The notes beneath the pieces were generated by a model that was not told the DNA's origin, ran no database searches, and saw only the letters and a list, made by a program, of their open reading frames with translations. This document shows positions 49,216 to 63,660 of a stretch of DNA of 64,000 nt, piece by piece. The DNA lies in the NCBI RefSeq assembly GCF_009914755.1, contig NC_060932.1; one strand, given 5' to 3'. The stretch's first letter is position 1, and each line of letters opens with the position of its first letter. The translations under genes were made by a program, and so were the position numbers. This stretch comes from the human T2T-CHM13v2.0 reference genome, Homo sapiens.

Positions 49216-49842
49216 TTAAAGTATTAATACAGTTACTGTGTGATCTAGCTATTTCATTTCTTGGTATTTACACAATATGAATGAAAATAAATATTTACAA
49301 AAATGAAAAAACAATTCAGAAATCATCAGAGAAATTTGACAAAGAAATTAAAATAATTTTTAAAAGCCAGACAGAAACCTTGGACCTGAGAAATATATTT
49401 CCTGATCTGACAAACTCATTAGAGGCTCTCAATAGCAAAATGGATGAAGCAGAGGTAAGAATTAGTGAGTTCAAAGACAAGTTTTTTGAAAATACTGAAA
49501 TATGAAATACTGAAAATAGAAGAGGAATAAGAAAAAATTTAAAAGGAATGAAGATCATCTACAAGATATAGAAAATTACCTTAAAAGAGCAAATCTAAGA
49601 TTTATTGATGTTCCAGAGGGAATTGAGCAAGAACAAGGAGTGGAAAGATTATTTAAAGAAATAATAACAAAACTTACCTAACCTTGGAAAAGAAATAAAT
49701 ATCCAGGTGCAGGAAGGTCAGAGAACACCAAACAGATTAGACCCAAATAAGAGTACCCCAAGGCACATAATCAAATTCTCAAAGGTCAAGGACAAAGAGA
49801 GGATTCTAAATGCAGCAGGAGAAAAGAAGCAACTAACATATC

Positions 49843-50173
<331 letters not shown>

Positions 50174-50306
50174 CCCAACAACATATAAAGGAGCTCCATT
50201 TTGTCTGGCAACAGACTTTTCAGTGGAAATCATACATTCCAGGAGGGGAGTGGGGCAACATTTTCAAAGTGCTGAAGGAAAAAATCTGCTGTTTTAAGAA
50301 TACCAT

Positions 50307-50598
50307 GGCTGAGCACAGTGGCTCACACCTGTAATCCTGTAATCCCAGCACTTTGGGAGGCCAAGGCAGGCTTATCACCTGAGGTCAGGAGTTTGAGACC
50401 AGCCTGGCCAACTGTTTCTACTAAAAATACAAAAAAATTAGCCGGGCATGGTGGCACACACCTGTAATCCCAGCTACTCAGGAAGCTGAGGCAGGAGAAT
50501 CACCCAACTGGAAGGTGGAGGTTGCACTGAGCTGAGAATGCACCATTGCACTGCAGCCTGGACAACAGAGCAAGACTCTGTCTCAAAAAAAAAAAAAT
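50307..50598 (+). mobile_element. AluSx-like element
   Basis: tcacctgaggtcaggagtttgagaccagcctggccaac; A-tail. Confidence 0.92.
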
Positions 50599-50716
50599 AG
50601 AATATTGTATTTAGCAAAACTATCCAACAGACATGAAGGAGAGAGAAAGTCTTTCCCAGATACACAAAAACTGGGAGAATTCACCACCATGAATATGGGA
50701 AGAAATACTTAAAGGT

Positions 50717-50903
50717 GCCAGGCACAATGGTATGTGCCTGTAATCCCAGCTACTTGAGAGAAAGAAGTGGGAGAATTGCTTGAGCCTGGGAGTTCAGGAC
50801 GAGGGCAGCATAGCAATACTCTCTCTCTCTCTCTCCCTCTCTCTCTGTCTCTGTCTCACACACACACAGACACACACACACACAGACACACACACACACA
50901 CAC
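50717..50903 (+). mobile_element. FLAM-like Alu monomer with (CT)n(CA)n tail
   Basis: gccaggcacaatgg...cctgtaatcccagctac; microsatellite at 50819-50903. Confidence 0.7.
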
Positions 50904-51321
50904 GAAATGCCAAAGGGAGTTATTCAATCTGAAAGGAAAAAATACATGCAAAAAGAAAACATCTGAAGGTATAAAACCTACTGATAAAATTAAGTACAAG
51001 GACAAACCCAGAATAATAGTGTAATTACAGTGTGCAGTCCATTCATAACTTTAGTATGAAGCTCAAAAGACAGATCTAACAATAATCATAGTTATAGCTA
51101 CCTTTTAAGAGAAAGTCTATGTATTTTGAGACAACATAAAGTAAAAATGGGAGGGAATGGATTTAAAGTGTAGAGTTTTTTTTTCTTTCTGTGTTCTTTA
51201 TGATGTAAGGTAAGTTTTCACTTATTTAAAATAACTTCTTAACCTATAAGATGTTTTTTATAAGCTTCATGGTAACCACAATGCCAATTAAAATATAATA
51301 CCAGAAGCGTTGCTTAACCAC

Positions 51322-51693
51322 TGTATTAGTCTGTTCTCACACTGCTATAAAGAACTACCTGAGACTGGGTAATTTATGAATAATGACTCACAGTTCTGCA
51401 GGCTGTACAGGAAGCATGGTTGGGAAGCCTCAGGAAACTTATAATCATGGTGGGATGGCAAAGGGGAAGCAAGTATGTCTTCAAATGGTGGCAGGAGACA
51501 GAGAGAGTGAAGACGGAGATGCTGCACATTTTTAAACAACCAGATCTGGTGAGAACTCACTCACTATCATGAGAACAGCAAGGGGGAAATCCGCCCCCGT
51601 GATCCAATCACCTCCCATCAGGTCTCTCCTCCAACACTGAGAATTACAATTCGACATGAGATTTGGGTGGGGACACAGAGCAAAACCGTATCA
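51322..51693 (-). mobile_element. MSTA (MaLR) solo LTR
   Basis: tgtattagtc...ccgtatca; 5-bp TSD accac (51317-51321 / 51694-51698). Confidence 0.92.
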
Positions 51694-52032
51694 ACCACTA
51701 AAGGACACAGTAAGAAAGGAAGAGAGGAATTACAGAACAACCAGAAAACAAGCAACAATTGGCAGTAGTAAGTCCTTACCAATTATAACCTTGAATGTAA
51801 ATGGACTTAATTCTCCAACTAAAAGGCAGAGAGTGACTGAATAGCTAAAGAAACAACAACCAACTCTATGTTTCTTACCAAAAACCCACCTCACCTGTAA
51901 AGATACACATAGACTAAGCTTGAAGGGGTGGAAAAAGATATTTCATTGCAATTAGAAACCAAAATCAAGCAGAAGTAGCTATACTTAGATAAAATAGACT
52001 ACAAATCAAAGACTGTAAAAACAAAGACTATA

Positions 52033-52065
52033 TGTGTGCATGTGTGTGTGTGTGTGTGTGTGTGT
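52033..52065. repeat. (TG)n microsatellite
   Basis: Direct observation. Confidence 0.95.
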
Positions 52066-52319
52066 AAAATGATAAAGGGGATCAATTCAACAAGATGACA
52101 TAACAATTATGAATTTCTGTGTACATAACACTGGAGCTCCCTAGTACATAAAGCAAACATTAATAAATCTAATGGGAGAGATAGACTGCAATGCAGTAAT
52201 AGCAGGGGACACATGCAATCTAAGAAGATTTAACCATGAAGAAATAGAAAACCTCAAACCAGTAATGAGTAATGAGAGCAACACTGTGGTAAAACGTTTA
52301 CCATCAAAAGAAAAGCTGA

Positions 52320-52712
<393 letters not shown>

Positions 52713-55700
52713 GAGAAGGGAATACTTTCAAACTCATTCTACTAGGCAAGCATTACCCTGATGCCAGAACTAGACAAGGACACAACAAAATAAGAAGACT
52801 GTAGAGCATAAATGTAAAATGCTCAACAAAATACTAGCAAACCAAATTCAACAACACATTAAAAAGATCATTCACCATGATCAAGTGGGATTCGTCCCAG
52901 GGAATCAAGCATGGGCCAACATATGTAAATGAATAATACATCACATTAAAAGAACCAGGAACAAAAACTATATGATCATTTCAATAGATGCTGAAAAAGT
53001 ATTCAATGAAATTTGACATCCTTTTATGCCAAAGACCCTCAACACACTGAATGTAGAAGGAACATAACTCAAAATAATAAAGGCCATATGTGAAAATCCC
53101 CCAGCTAACATCATACTGAATGGAGAAAAATTGAAAGCGGTTTATTTAAGATGCGGAACAAGACAAGGATGCCTGCTTTCACCACTTTTAATCAATATAA
53201 AAGTGAAAGTCCTGGCCAGAGCAATTAAGCAAGAGAAGGAAATTAAGGACATTCAAATTAGAAAGGAAGAAGTCACATTAGGTTTGTTTGCAGATGACAT
53301 GATCTTATACTTAGAAAAACGTGAGGTCAGAGGAGGAGCAAGATGGTGGATAGAAGCCTCCACCAATCATCTCCCCCATAAGGATACCTCACCACCAAAG
53401 GCTGCATGTGCCCTGTCTCCAGGTAAACTTGAAAGGCAGTGTAGGCCATAAGGACTGCAACTCTAAGGCAAGTCCTAGTACCGAACTAGGCCGAGAGACA
53501 GTGAATTGGGGGAGGTGGCATGCAACATACTGAGACACCACTGGTGCAGCCAGGGGAATGTAAGCATCACTCCTTCCCTAAACCCAGGCTACACAGCTTG
53601 TGGCTCCAAAAGAGAACTCTTTCTTCCAATTGAGGAGAGGAGAGGGAAGAGTGGGGAGGACTTTGTCTTGCATTTAGAATACCAGCTCAGCCACAGCAGG
53701 ATAGGGCACTAGTCAGAGTTGCGAGGTCCCTGTTCCAGGCCCTAGCTCCAGGATGACATTTCTAGACACATCCTGGGCCAGGATGGAACCCACTGCCTTG
53801 AAGGAAAGGACTCAGTCCTGGAAGCATTCATCACCTGCTAATTGAAGAGGCCTTGAGCACTGAATAACCAGCAGCAATACTTAGGTGCTACATCGAGGAC
53901 CTTGGGCGAGCCTCTGAGACTTGCTGGCATCAGATGAGACTCAGCACATTACCAGCTGTGGTGGCTATGGGGAAAAACTCCTTCTGCTTGAGAAAAGCAG
54001 AGGGAAAAGTAAAGGGAACTTTGTCTTGCACCTTAGGTGCCAACATAGCCACAGGGGGATAGAGCACCAAGAGGGCTCTTGGGGTCCCCAATTCTAGGAC
54101 TTGACTCTTAGATGGTATTTCTGGATGTGTCCTGGGCCAGAGGGGAGTCCATACCTGGAAGGGTGAGTCCCAGGCCAGGCAGCATTCACAATAAGCTGAC
54201 TTAAGAAACCTTGGACCTTAAAGGAACATCTGTGTTAGTCTGGCAATACTCCTTGTGGCTGGGGGTAATAATGGCTACAGAATGAGGCTCCTCTGCCTTT
54301 GGAAAGAGGAGGGAAGAGTGGAAAGGATTGTGTCTTATGGTTTGAGTACCAGCTCAGCCATAATAAAATAGAACACCAGGTAGACTTCTAAGGTTTTTGA
54401 CTCTAGTCCCTGGCCCCCAGATGGCACCTCTGGACCCACCTGGGGCCTGGGGGACCTCCCTGCCCTGAAGAGGAGGATACAGTTCTGGCTTGCTTTGCCA
54501 CCTGCTTATTGTAGAGCCCCAGGACCTTGAGCAAAATAGGAAGTAACCATGGAGTGGTTGCAGCAGGCCTTGGGCAAGCCCCAGTGCTGTGCTGGCTTCA
54601 GGTCTGACCCAGCGCAGTCATAGTGGTGGTGGCCACAGGGGTGATTGTGTCACTCCACCCTCAGCTTTAGGTGGCTCAGAACACAGAGAGAGACACTTTA
54701 TGTTTGGGAGAAAGACAAGAGAACAGAGTCTCTGCTTGATAATCCAGAGAATTCTCCTGGTTCTTGTTTTAGATTCTCAAGGTGGTACCTCTATGAGTTT
54801 GTAAGAACCACAGTGTTACTGGGCTTGGGGTGCTCTCTAAAACAGATAAAGCTTAGATCACAACATCATAGTCCCTTCAAATATCTGGAAAGCCTTCCAA
54901 AGAAGGACGTCTACAAATAAGCCTAGATAGTGTATACTACCATAAATTGTTATATCATCTTCAGTGCCTAGACACTGAAGAAGATCTGCTAGCATCAACA
55001 CCATCTGGGAAAACATGACCTCACCAAGTGAACTAAATAAGGCATCAGGGATCAATCCTGGAGAAATATATGTGACATTTCAGACACAAAATTTAAAATA
55101 GTTGTGTTGAGGAAACACAGCTATTTTGAAATCAAAGATAACACAGAGAAGAAATTCAGAATTCTATCAGATAAATTTAACAGAGATTGCAATAATTAAA
55201 AAGAATCAAGACTCTGAAGAATGTAACAGAGTCCTTTTATAGCAGAATTGATCCAGCAGAAGAAAGAATTAGTGACCTTCAAGACAGGCTATTTGAAAAT
55301 ACACAGTCAGAGGGGACAAAATAGAAAAGAAAAACAAACAAACAATCAAGCATACTTATAGGACCTAGAACTAGAACTAGCCTCAAAAGGGCAAGTGTAA
55401 GTGTTATTGTCCTTAAAGAGGAGGTAGGTAGATAGGTGTAGAAAGTTAATTCAAAGGGTAACAAAGTCAACATATATCACGTGAGTGGGGGAAAAACACA
55501 CACAATGGGATAATAACAACTTCCCAAACCTATAGAAAGATATTATATCCAAGTACAAGAAGGTTATAGAACTAAAGCAGTACTCCCTTTGGCATATTTA
55601 AACAGATTTAAACTAAAGAAGACTACCTCAAGGCATTTAATAAACTCCCAAAGGTCAAGGATAAAGAAAGGATCCGAAAAGCAGCAAGAGAAAATAAACA

Positions 55701-56673
55701 AATAACATAAATAGAGCTCCAGTATATCTGGCAGCAGACTTTTCAGTGGAAATTTTACAGGCCAGGAGCGAGTTGCATGACATATTTAATGTGGTAAAGG
55801 AAAAACACTTTTATTGTAGAATAGTATATCTGGCTAAAATATCCTTCAAACATAAAAGAGAATTAAAGACTCCCAGATGAACAAAAACTGAGAGATTTGA
55901 TCAATACTAGACCTGTCATCAAGAAATGCTAAAGGGAGTACTTCAATCAGAAAGAAGAGGACATTAATGAGCAATAAATAATCACCTGAAGGTACCAAAC
56001 TTACTAGTAATAGTAAGTACACAGAAAAACACAGATTTTTTTTAACACTATAACTGTGGTGTGTAAACTTCTCTTATCCTAAGTGGAAAGAGTAAATAAT
56101 GACACAATCAAAATAACTACAACATTTTAAGATATAGTCAGTACAAATTATTTATGAAAAAAGAAAAATTTAAAATGGGGGAGGATGAAGTTAAGGCATA
56201 GAGTTTTAATAGTTTGCTCTTTGCTTGTTTGTTTATGCAAATAGTGCTAAGTTTTTCTCAGGTTAAGATAATGGGTTATAATATTTGCAAGCCTCATGGT
56301 GACTTCAATTCAAAACACATACAATGCATACACAAAAAATAAAAAGCAAGAAACTAAATCATATCACCAGAGAAAATCAACTTCACTGGAGGAAGACAGG
56401 AATTAAAGAAAGAAGGAAGAGAAGATCACAGACAACCAGACAACAAATTTAAAAATGGCAGGAGTAAGCCCTTACTTATCAGTAATAACATTGAATGTAA
56501 ATGGACTAAACTTTCCAATCAAAAGATATAAACTGGCTGAATGGATGAAAAATAAGATCCATTTATCTGTTGCCTAAAAGAAACACACTTTACTTATAAA
56601 GACACACAGACTGAAAATAAAGGGATGGAAAAAGATATTCCATGTCAATGGAAACTATAAAAGAGCAGGAGTC

Positions 56674-57522
56674 TGTTGATATGAACAGACATTTCTCAAA
56701 AGAAGACATTTATGCGGCCAACAAACATATGAAAAACAGGTCATCACTGGTCATTAGAGAAGTGCAAATTAAAACCACAATGAGATATCATCTCATGCCA
56801 GTCAGAATGGCGATTATTAAAAAGTCAGGAAACAACAAATGCTGGTGAGGCTGTGGAGAAATAGGAATGCTTTTACACTGTTGGTGGGAGTGTAAATTAG
56901 TTCAAGCATTGTGGAAGACAGGGTGGTGATTCTTCTAGAACCAGAAATACTGTTTGACCCAGCAATCCCATTACTGGGTATATACCCAAAGGATTAGAAA
57001 TCATTCTGCTATAAAGACACATGCACACATATGTTTATTGCGGCACTATTTACAATAGCAAAGACTTGAAACCAACACAAATGCCCATCAATGATACACT
57101 GGATAAAGAAAATGTGGCACATATATACCATAGAATACTATTCAGCCATAAAAAAGAATGACTTCATGTCCTTTGCAGGGACATGGATGAAGCTGGAAAC
57201 CACCATTCTCAGCAAATTAACACAAGAACAGAAAACCAAACACCACATGTTCTCATAAGTGGGAGTTGAACAATGAAAATGCATGAACACAGTGAGGGGA
57301 ACGTCACACACTAGGGCCTGTTGGGGGGTTGGGGGCAAGGGGAGGGAGTGCATTAAGATAAATACCTAATGCATGCGGGGCTTAAAAACTGGATGACAGG
57401 CTGACAGGTGCAGCATACCACCATGACACATGTATACCTGTGTAACAAACCTGCACTTTCTGCACATGTATCCCAGAACTTAAAGAAAAATTTTAAAAAA
57501 TTGCATCAATCATTAAAAAAAA
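56674..57522 (+). mobile_element. 5'-truncated L1PA7/8 3' end
   Basis: tacctaatgcatgcggggcttaaaa; perfect 15-bp TSD aaaagagcaggagtc (56659-56673 / 57523-57537). Confidence 0.93.
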
Positions 57523-58996
57523 AAAAGAGCAGGAGTCCCTATTCATATATCAAGCAAAATCGATCTCAAGACTAAAATGATAAAACAAGACAAAGAAGGT
57601 TGCTATAAAATGATAAAAGGGGTTAATTCAGAAAGTGGATATAACAATTGTAAATCTATATGCATCAAAAACTGGAGCAACCAGATATATAAAGGAAATA
57701 TTATTAGAGCTAAAGAGAGAGGTAGGCCCCAATACAATAATAGCTGAAGACTTCAGCACTCCACTTTCAGCATTGGACAAATCTTCCAGACAGAAAATTA
57801 GCAAAGAAACATCAGACTTAATATTCACTATAGATCAAATGGATCTAATATTTATTTACAGAGCATTTTATCCAATAGCTGCAGAATACACATTCTTTTC
57901 ATCAGCATATGGATCATTCTCAAAGATAGACTATATGTTGGGTTACAAAACAAGTCTGAAAACATTCAAAACATTGAAATCATATCAACCATCTTCTCTG
58001 ACTACAGTGGAATAAAACTAGAAATTTATAACAGGAGGAATTTGGGAAACTAAACAAACACATGGAAATTAAACAATGTGCTTTGAAATGACCAGTGAGT
58101 CAATGAAGAAATTAAGAAGGAAACTGAAAAATTTGTTGAAATAAATGATAATGGAAACACAATGTACCAAAACCTTTGGAATGCAGCAACAGCAGTGCTA
58201 AGAGGGAAATTTATAAGTGCCTAGATCAAAAAATAGGAAGAACTTCAAATGAAAAATATAATAATGCATCTTAAAGAACTAGAAAAGCAAGAGCACACTG
58301 AACCCAAAATTTGTAGAAGAAAAGAAAGAATAAAGATCAGAGTAGAAATCAATGGAATTGAAATGAAACAACACAAAAGATCAGTGAAACAAAAATTGGC
58401 TTTTTGAATTGTTAAAAAAATCGACAAATCTTTAGCCAGAGTAAGAGAAAAAAAACCCAGAAGATCCAAATAAATACAATCAGATTGAAAAAGGAGACAT
58501 TACAACTGATATTGCAGATATTTAAAGAATCATTAGTGGTTACTATGAGCTACTGTATGCTATCAATATATTATCAATAATAACATTGAATGTAAATGGA
58601 CTAAATTTTCCAATCAAAAGTATTGACTGGCTGAATGAATGAAAAAACAAGATCCATTTATCTGAGCAACTAACTATATTCCAATAAATTGGAAAATCTA
58701 GAAGAAATGGACAAATTTCTAGACATATACAACCTACCAAGATTGAACCAGGAAGAAATCCAAAACCTGAACAGACCAATAACAAGTATGAGATCAAAGA
58801 CATAATAAAAATTCTTTCAGTAAAGAAAGGTCTGTGAACCTGATGGCTTCACTGCCGAATTCTACCAAACATTTAAAGAAGAGTGGATACCAGTTCTACT
58901 CAAATTATTTTGAAAAATAGAGGAGGAAAGAATACTTCCAAACTCATTTTACAAGTCCAGTATTACCCTGATACCAAAACCAAAGACACATCAGGA

Positions 58997-59004
58997 AGAA
59001 AAAA

Positions 59005-59065
<61 letters not shown>

Positions 59066-59067
59066 AA
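58997..59067. repeat. (GAAA)n tetranucleotide repeat
   Basis: Direct observation. Confidence 0.95.
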
Positions 59068-62000
59068 CTATGCACCAATATTTCTGATGAATATTGGTAC
59101 AAAAATCCTCAACAAAATTCTAGCAAACTGAATTCAGCAATACTTTAGAAGGATCATTCCTCATGACAAAATGGAATTTATCCCTGGAATGCAAGGATGG
59201 CTCAACGTACACAAATCAGTGTGATACCTCATATCAAGAGAATAAAGGATAAAAACCATATGATCATTTTAATTGATGCTGAAAAAGCATTTGATAAAAT
59301 TCAGCATTTCATAATGAAAAATCCTCAAAAAACTGGGGATGGAAGGAGCATACTTCAACATAATAAAAGCCACATATGACAGACCCACAGCTAATATACT
59401 GAATGAGGAACAACTGAAAGCCTTTTCTCTAAGACCTGGAACGTGACAGTGATGCCCAGTTTCACCACTGTGATTCAACATGGTACTGGAAGTCCTAGCT
59501 ATAGCATTCAGACAGGAGAAGGAAATAAAGGATATCTAAATTGGAAAGCAGATGTCAAATTATCCTTGTTTACAGATGACATAACCTTATATTTGGAAAA
59601 ACCTAAAGACTCCACAAGACGACTATTAGAACTAATAAACAAATTCAGTAAAGTTACAGGATACAAAAGCAACATACAAAATCAGTAGCATTGCTATATG
59701 CCAACAGTGAAGAGTGTGAAAAAGAAAAAAACAATTCTATTTACAAAAGTGACAAGTAAAATTAAATACCTAGAAATTAGCTTAATCAAAGAAATGAAAG
59801 ATCTCTACAATGAAAACTATAAAACACTGAAGAAAAAAATTAAAGAGGACACCAAAAAATGGAAAGATATTCCATGTTCATGGATTGAAAGAATCAATAT
59901 TGTTAAAAGGTCTACCCAAAACAATACAACCCAAAGCAGTCTACAGATTCAAGGCAATCCCTTTCAAAATACCAATGGCATTCTTCACAGAAATAGAATA
60001 TTATCCTAAAATTTATATGGAACCATAAAAGACCCAGAGTAGCCAAAGCTGTCCTGAACAAAAAGACCAAAACTGGAGGAATCACATTACCTGACTTCAA
60101 ATTATAGTATACAGATATAGTAACAAAAACAGCATGGTACTGGCATAAAAACAGACATGTAGACCAATGGAACACAATAGAGAACCCAGAAAGAAATCCA
60201 TACATCTACAGTGAATTCATTTTTGACAAAAGTGCCAAGAATATAAACTTGGGAAAGGGCAGTCTCTTCAATAAATGGTGCTGGAAAAACTGGATATCCA
60301 TATGCAGAAGAATAAAACTAGACCCCTGTGTCTCACCATATACAAAAATCAAATCAAAATGGATTAAAGACTGAAATTTAGGACTTCAAACTATGAAACT
60401 ACCACAAGAAAACATTGGGGAAGATATTTAGGATATTGGTCTGGGCAAAAGTTTCTTGAGTGATATCCCACAAACACAGGCAACCAAAGCAGAAATGAAC
60501 TAATGGGATCACATCAAGTTAAAAAGCTACTGTAAAGCAAAGGATACAATCAACAAAATAAAGAGACAACCCATGGAATGGGAGAAAATATTTGCAAACT
60601 ACCCGTTTTCACCACTGTGATTCAACATAGTACTGGAGGTCCTACCTAGAGCATTCAGACAAGAGAAAGAAATAAAGGGCATCTAAGTTGGAAAGAAGAT
60701 GGCAAATTATCCTTGTTTGCATATCACATAATCTTATATTTGGAAAAACCTAAAGACTCCACAAGAAAACTATTAGAACTGATAAGGGGATAATAACCAG
60801 AATATATAAGGAGCTCAAATAACTGTAGGAAAAAATCTAATAATCCATTTAAAAATGGGGAAACAGTTTGAATAGGCACTTCTTGAATTAAGACATGCAA
60901 ATGGCAAAGAGGCATATGAAAAAGTGCTCTATATCATTGATAATCAGAGAAATGCAAATGAAAACTATAGTGAGATATCATCTCACTCCAGTTAAAATGG
61001 TTTATATCCAAAAGACCAGCAATAAGAAATGCTGACGAGGATATGAAGAAAAGGGAACCCTTGTACACTGTTGGTGGGAATTTAAATTAGTACAACCATT
61101 ATGGAGAACAGTTTGGAGTTTCCTCAGAAAACTAAAAACTGAGCCACCATATGATACAGTACACCCACTGCTGGGTATATAGCCAAAGAAAGGAAATCAG
61201 TATATTGAAGAAGTATCTGAACTCCTATGTTTGTTGCAGCTCTGTTTTTACAATAGCTAAGATTTGGAAGCAACCTAAGTGTTTACACACAGAGGAATAG
61301 ATAAAGAAATTGTGATATATATGCAAAATGGAATACTATTGAGTCATAAAAAAGAATGAGATTTACTCATTTGCAATAACATGGACGGAACTGGAGATCA
61401 TTATGTTAAGTAAAATAAACAAGTCACAGAAAGAGAAACATCATGTATTCTCACTTATTTGTGGGATCTAAAAATCAAAGCAATGGAACTCATGGACATA
61501 GAGAGTAGAAGGATGATTACCAGATGTTGGAAATGGTAGTGGGGGCTCTAGGGGGAGGTGGGAATGGTTAATGGGTCCAAAAAATAGAAATAATGAATAA
61601 GATCTACTATTTTATGCACAACGTGGTGACTATAGTTAATAATTACTTAATTGTACAGTTTGAAATAACTTAGAGGGTAATTGGATTGTTTGTAACTCAA
61701 AGAATAAATGCTTGAGATGGTGGATACCACATTCTTCAGGATGTGCTTATTTCATGTTGCATTTCTGTATCAAAACATATCATGTATCCCATAAATATAT
61801 ACACCTACTATGTATCCACAAAAATTAAAAACAAAAACAAAAAAGAGAAAAACCTCAACGTGTCACCAAAAAACTGTTAGAACTTTTAAACAAATTCAGT
61901 AAAGCTTCAGGATACAAAAATCATTATACAGAAATCAGTATCATTAAATACAGCATATCTGGGGCCATATCCACGAAGCCCCAGGTGTCTGCAGATCTTT

Positions 62001-62099
62001 GAGAAAATCTCATGTTTTAATGCCTTAACATTGTTCTTTGCATGCTTTCTTCCTGTGAAACTCTACTATTGCACATCCTTACATGTCAGAATTTTTAAT

Positions 62100-63660
62100 T
62101 TTTTTCCAACAACTTACCATGAAAAATTTCAAGCATACAGAAAAGTTGAAAGAATTTTATAGTGAACACCCATATACCCACCATCTAGATGTTACAATTA
62201 ACATTTTATCCCATCTATTCCTTTATACATTCATGAATCTATCGTATATTTTATCCACCTCCCTGCCCTTAGGAAGACTTTTTTTCCCACCATGAATTAG
62301 TTTTGCTTGTAGATAAACTTCATATTAATGCTATGTAGACTATATTCTTCTGTGTAAGGCATATTTCACTGAGGATAATGTTTTTGAGATTCATTTATGT
62401 TGTTGAATGTATCAGATAAATTTTTAGGATATTTCCTAATTTGTGGTTCTTGTTGAAGTGTTTTTGTAGACATATGTTTTCATTACTTTTGGATAAATAC
62501 CTGTAAGTGAAATTGCTGGATCGTAGGGCAGGTTTATGTTTATTTTTATGAGAAATTGCCAGGCCTTTTTCCAGAGTGCTTTTATTTTATACTCCCACCA
62601 AAAAAGGTATTTTATACCTTTTGGGAGTATTTTATACTCCCACCAAAAAAGGTATAAGAGTTCTGGCCCTCTCTATGTTCACTAACATTTTGTGTTCATT
62701 TTATAATATGTAGAGGTAGCTCTCTGTGGTTTTAATTTGCATATCCTTGGTGACTAAAGATGTTAAGCTTTTCCATGTGCTTATTGATCATTCATACATA
62801 TTCCTTCATGGACTGTCTGTTCAAATGTTTTGCTCATTTTTAGTATTGGGTTGTTGGATTTTTTTAATCAATAAGTTTTTAAGTTCTGTTTATTCATGCT
62901 GGATATGAATTTACTATCTCATCTGTGTTTTGCAAATATTTTCTCCCAGTGTATGCTTGTCTTCTCATTTTCTTCATAATATCTTTTGATGAAAGTTAGT
63001 TTAAAATTTTGATGAAATTGGATTTATCACTTTTAAAATTCTATGATTATTGTCTCTGTGTTTTTTCTAGAATACCTTTGTTTACCTCTAAATATTACAG
63101 ATATTCTGTTTCCTTCTAAAATCTTTATAGGTTTAACTTTTATGTTTAGGTCTATAATCCGTGTTGAATTAATTATTGTATGTGGTATGAAGTGAGGGTT
63201 GACATTCCTTTTAAAAATTTTTTCCATATGGATATCCAGTTTTGCAGTATTAGTTGTTAAACAAAATTTTTTTCCTCAATGGAGTGCTTCAGTGTTTTTG
63301 TAGAAAATCAAGTTATTTCATTTTTGGCTCTGTATTCTGTTCCACTGATCTATTTATTAATCCTTATGTCAGTGCCACACTGCCTTAATTACTATGGATT
63401 TAGAATAAGTATTGAAGATGGGATGTTTAAACCTCTTACCTTTTTTTCTTTCTCAGAGTTGGATTAATATTCTGTGTTCTTTTGTACTTCCATATAAAGT
63501 TAAGAAAGAATCAGCTAGTCAATTATTACAAAAAAGCTTAGTGAAGTTATGATTGGGATTGCATTGAATCTTTAGATCTATTTGGAAAGAATTGACATTT
63601 AACAATATTAGAACTTCCAATTCATGAATACTATATACCTCTTGATTTATTTAGATGTTC
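62100..63660 (-). mobile_element. Old L1MC/L1ME 3' end and ORF2 fragments
   Basis: aagcatacagaaaagttgaaagaa...gtgaacaccc; tgattgggattgcattgaatct; cttccaattcatgaa. Confidence 0.75.

Larger units (their letters stand above)
53323..61845 (+). mobile_element. Full-length L1MA2-like element inserted in the RT region of L1MA
   Basis: Starts ...ggagcaagatgg; 3' end cccataaatatatacacctactatgtatccacaaaaatt; TSD agaaaaac(g/c)t (53313-53322 / 61846-61855). Confidence 0.9.
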
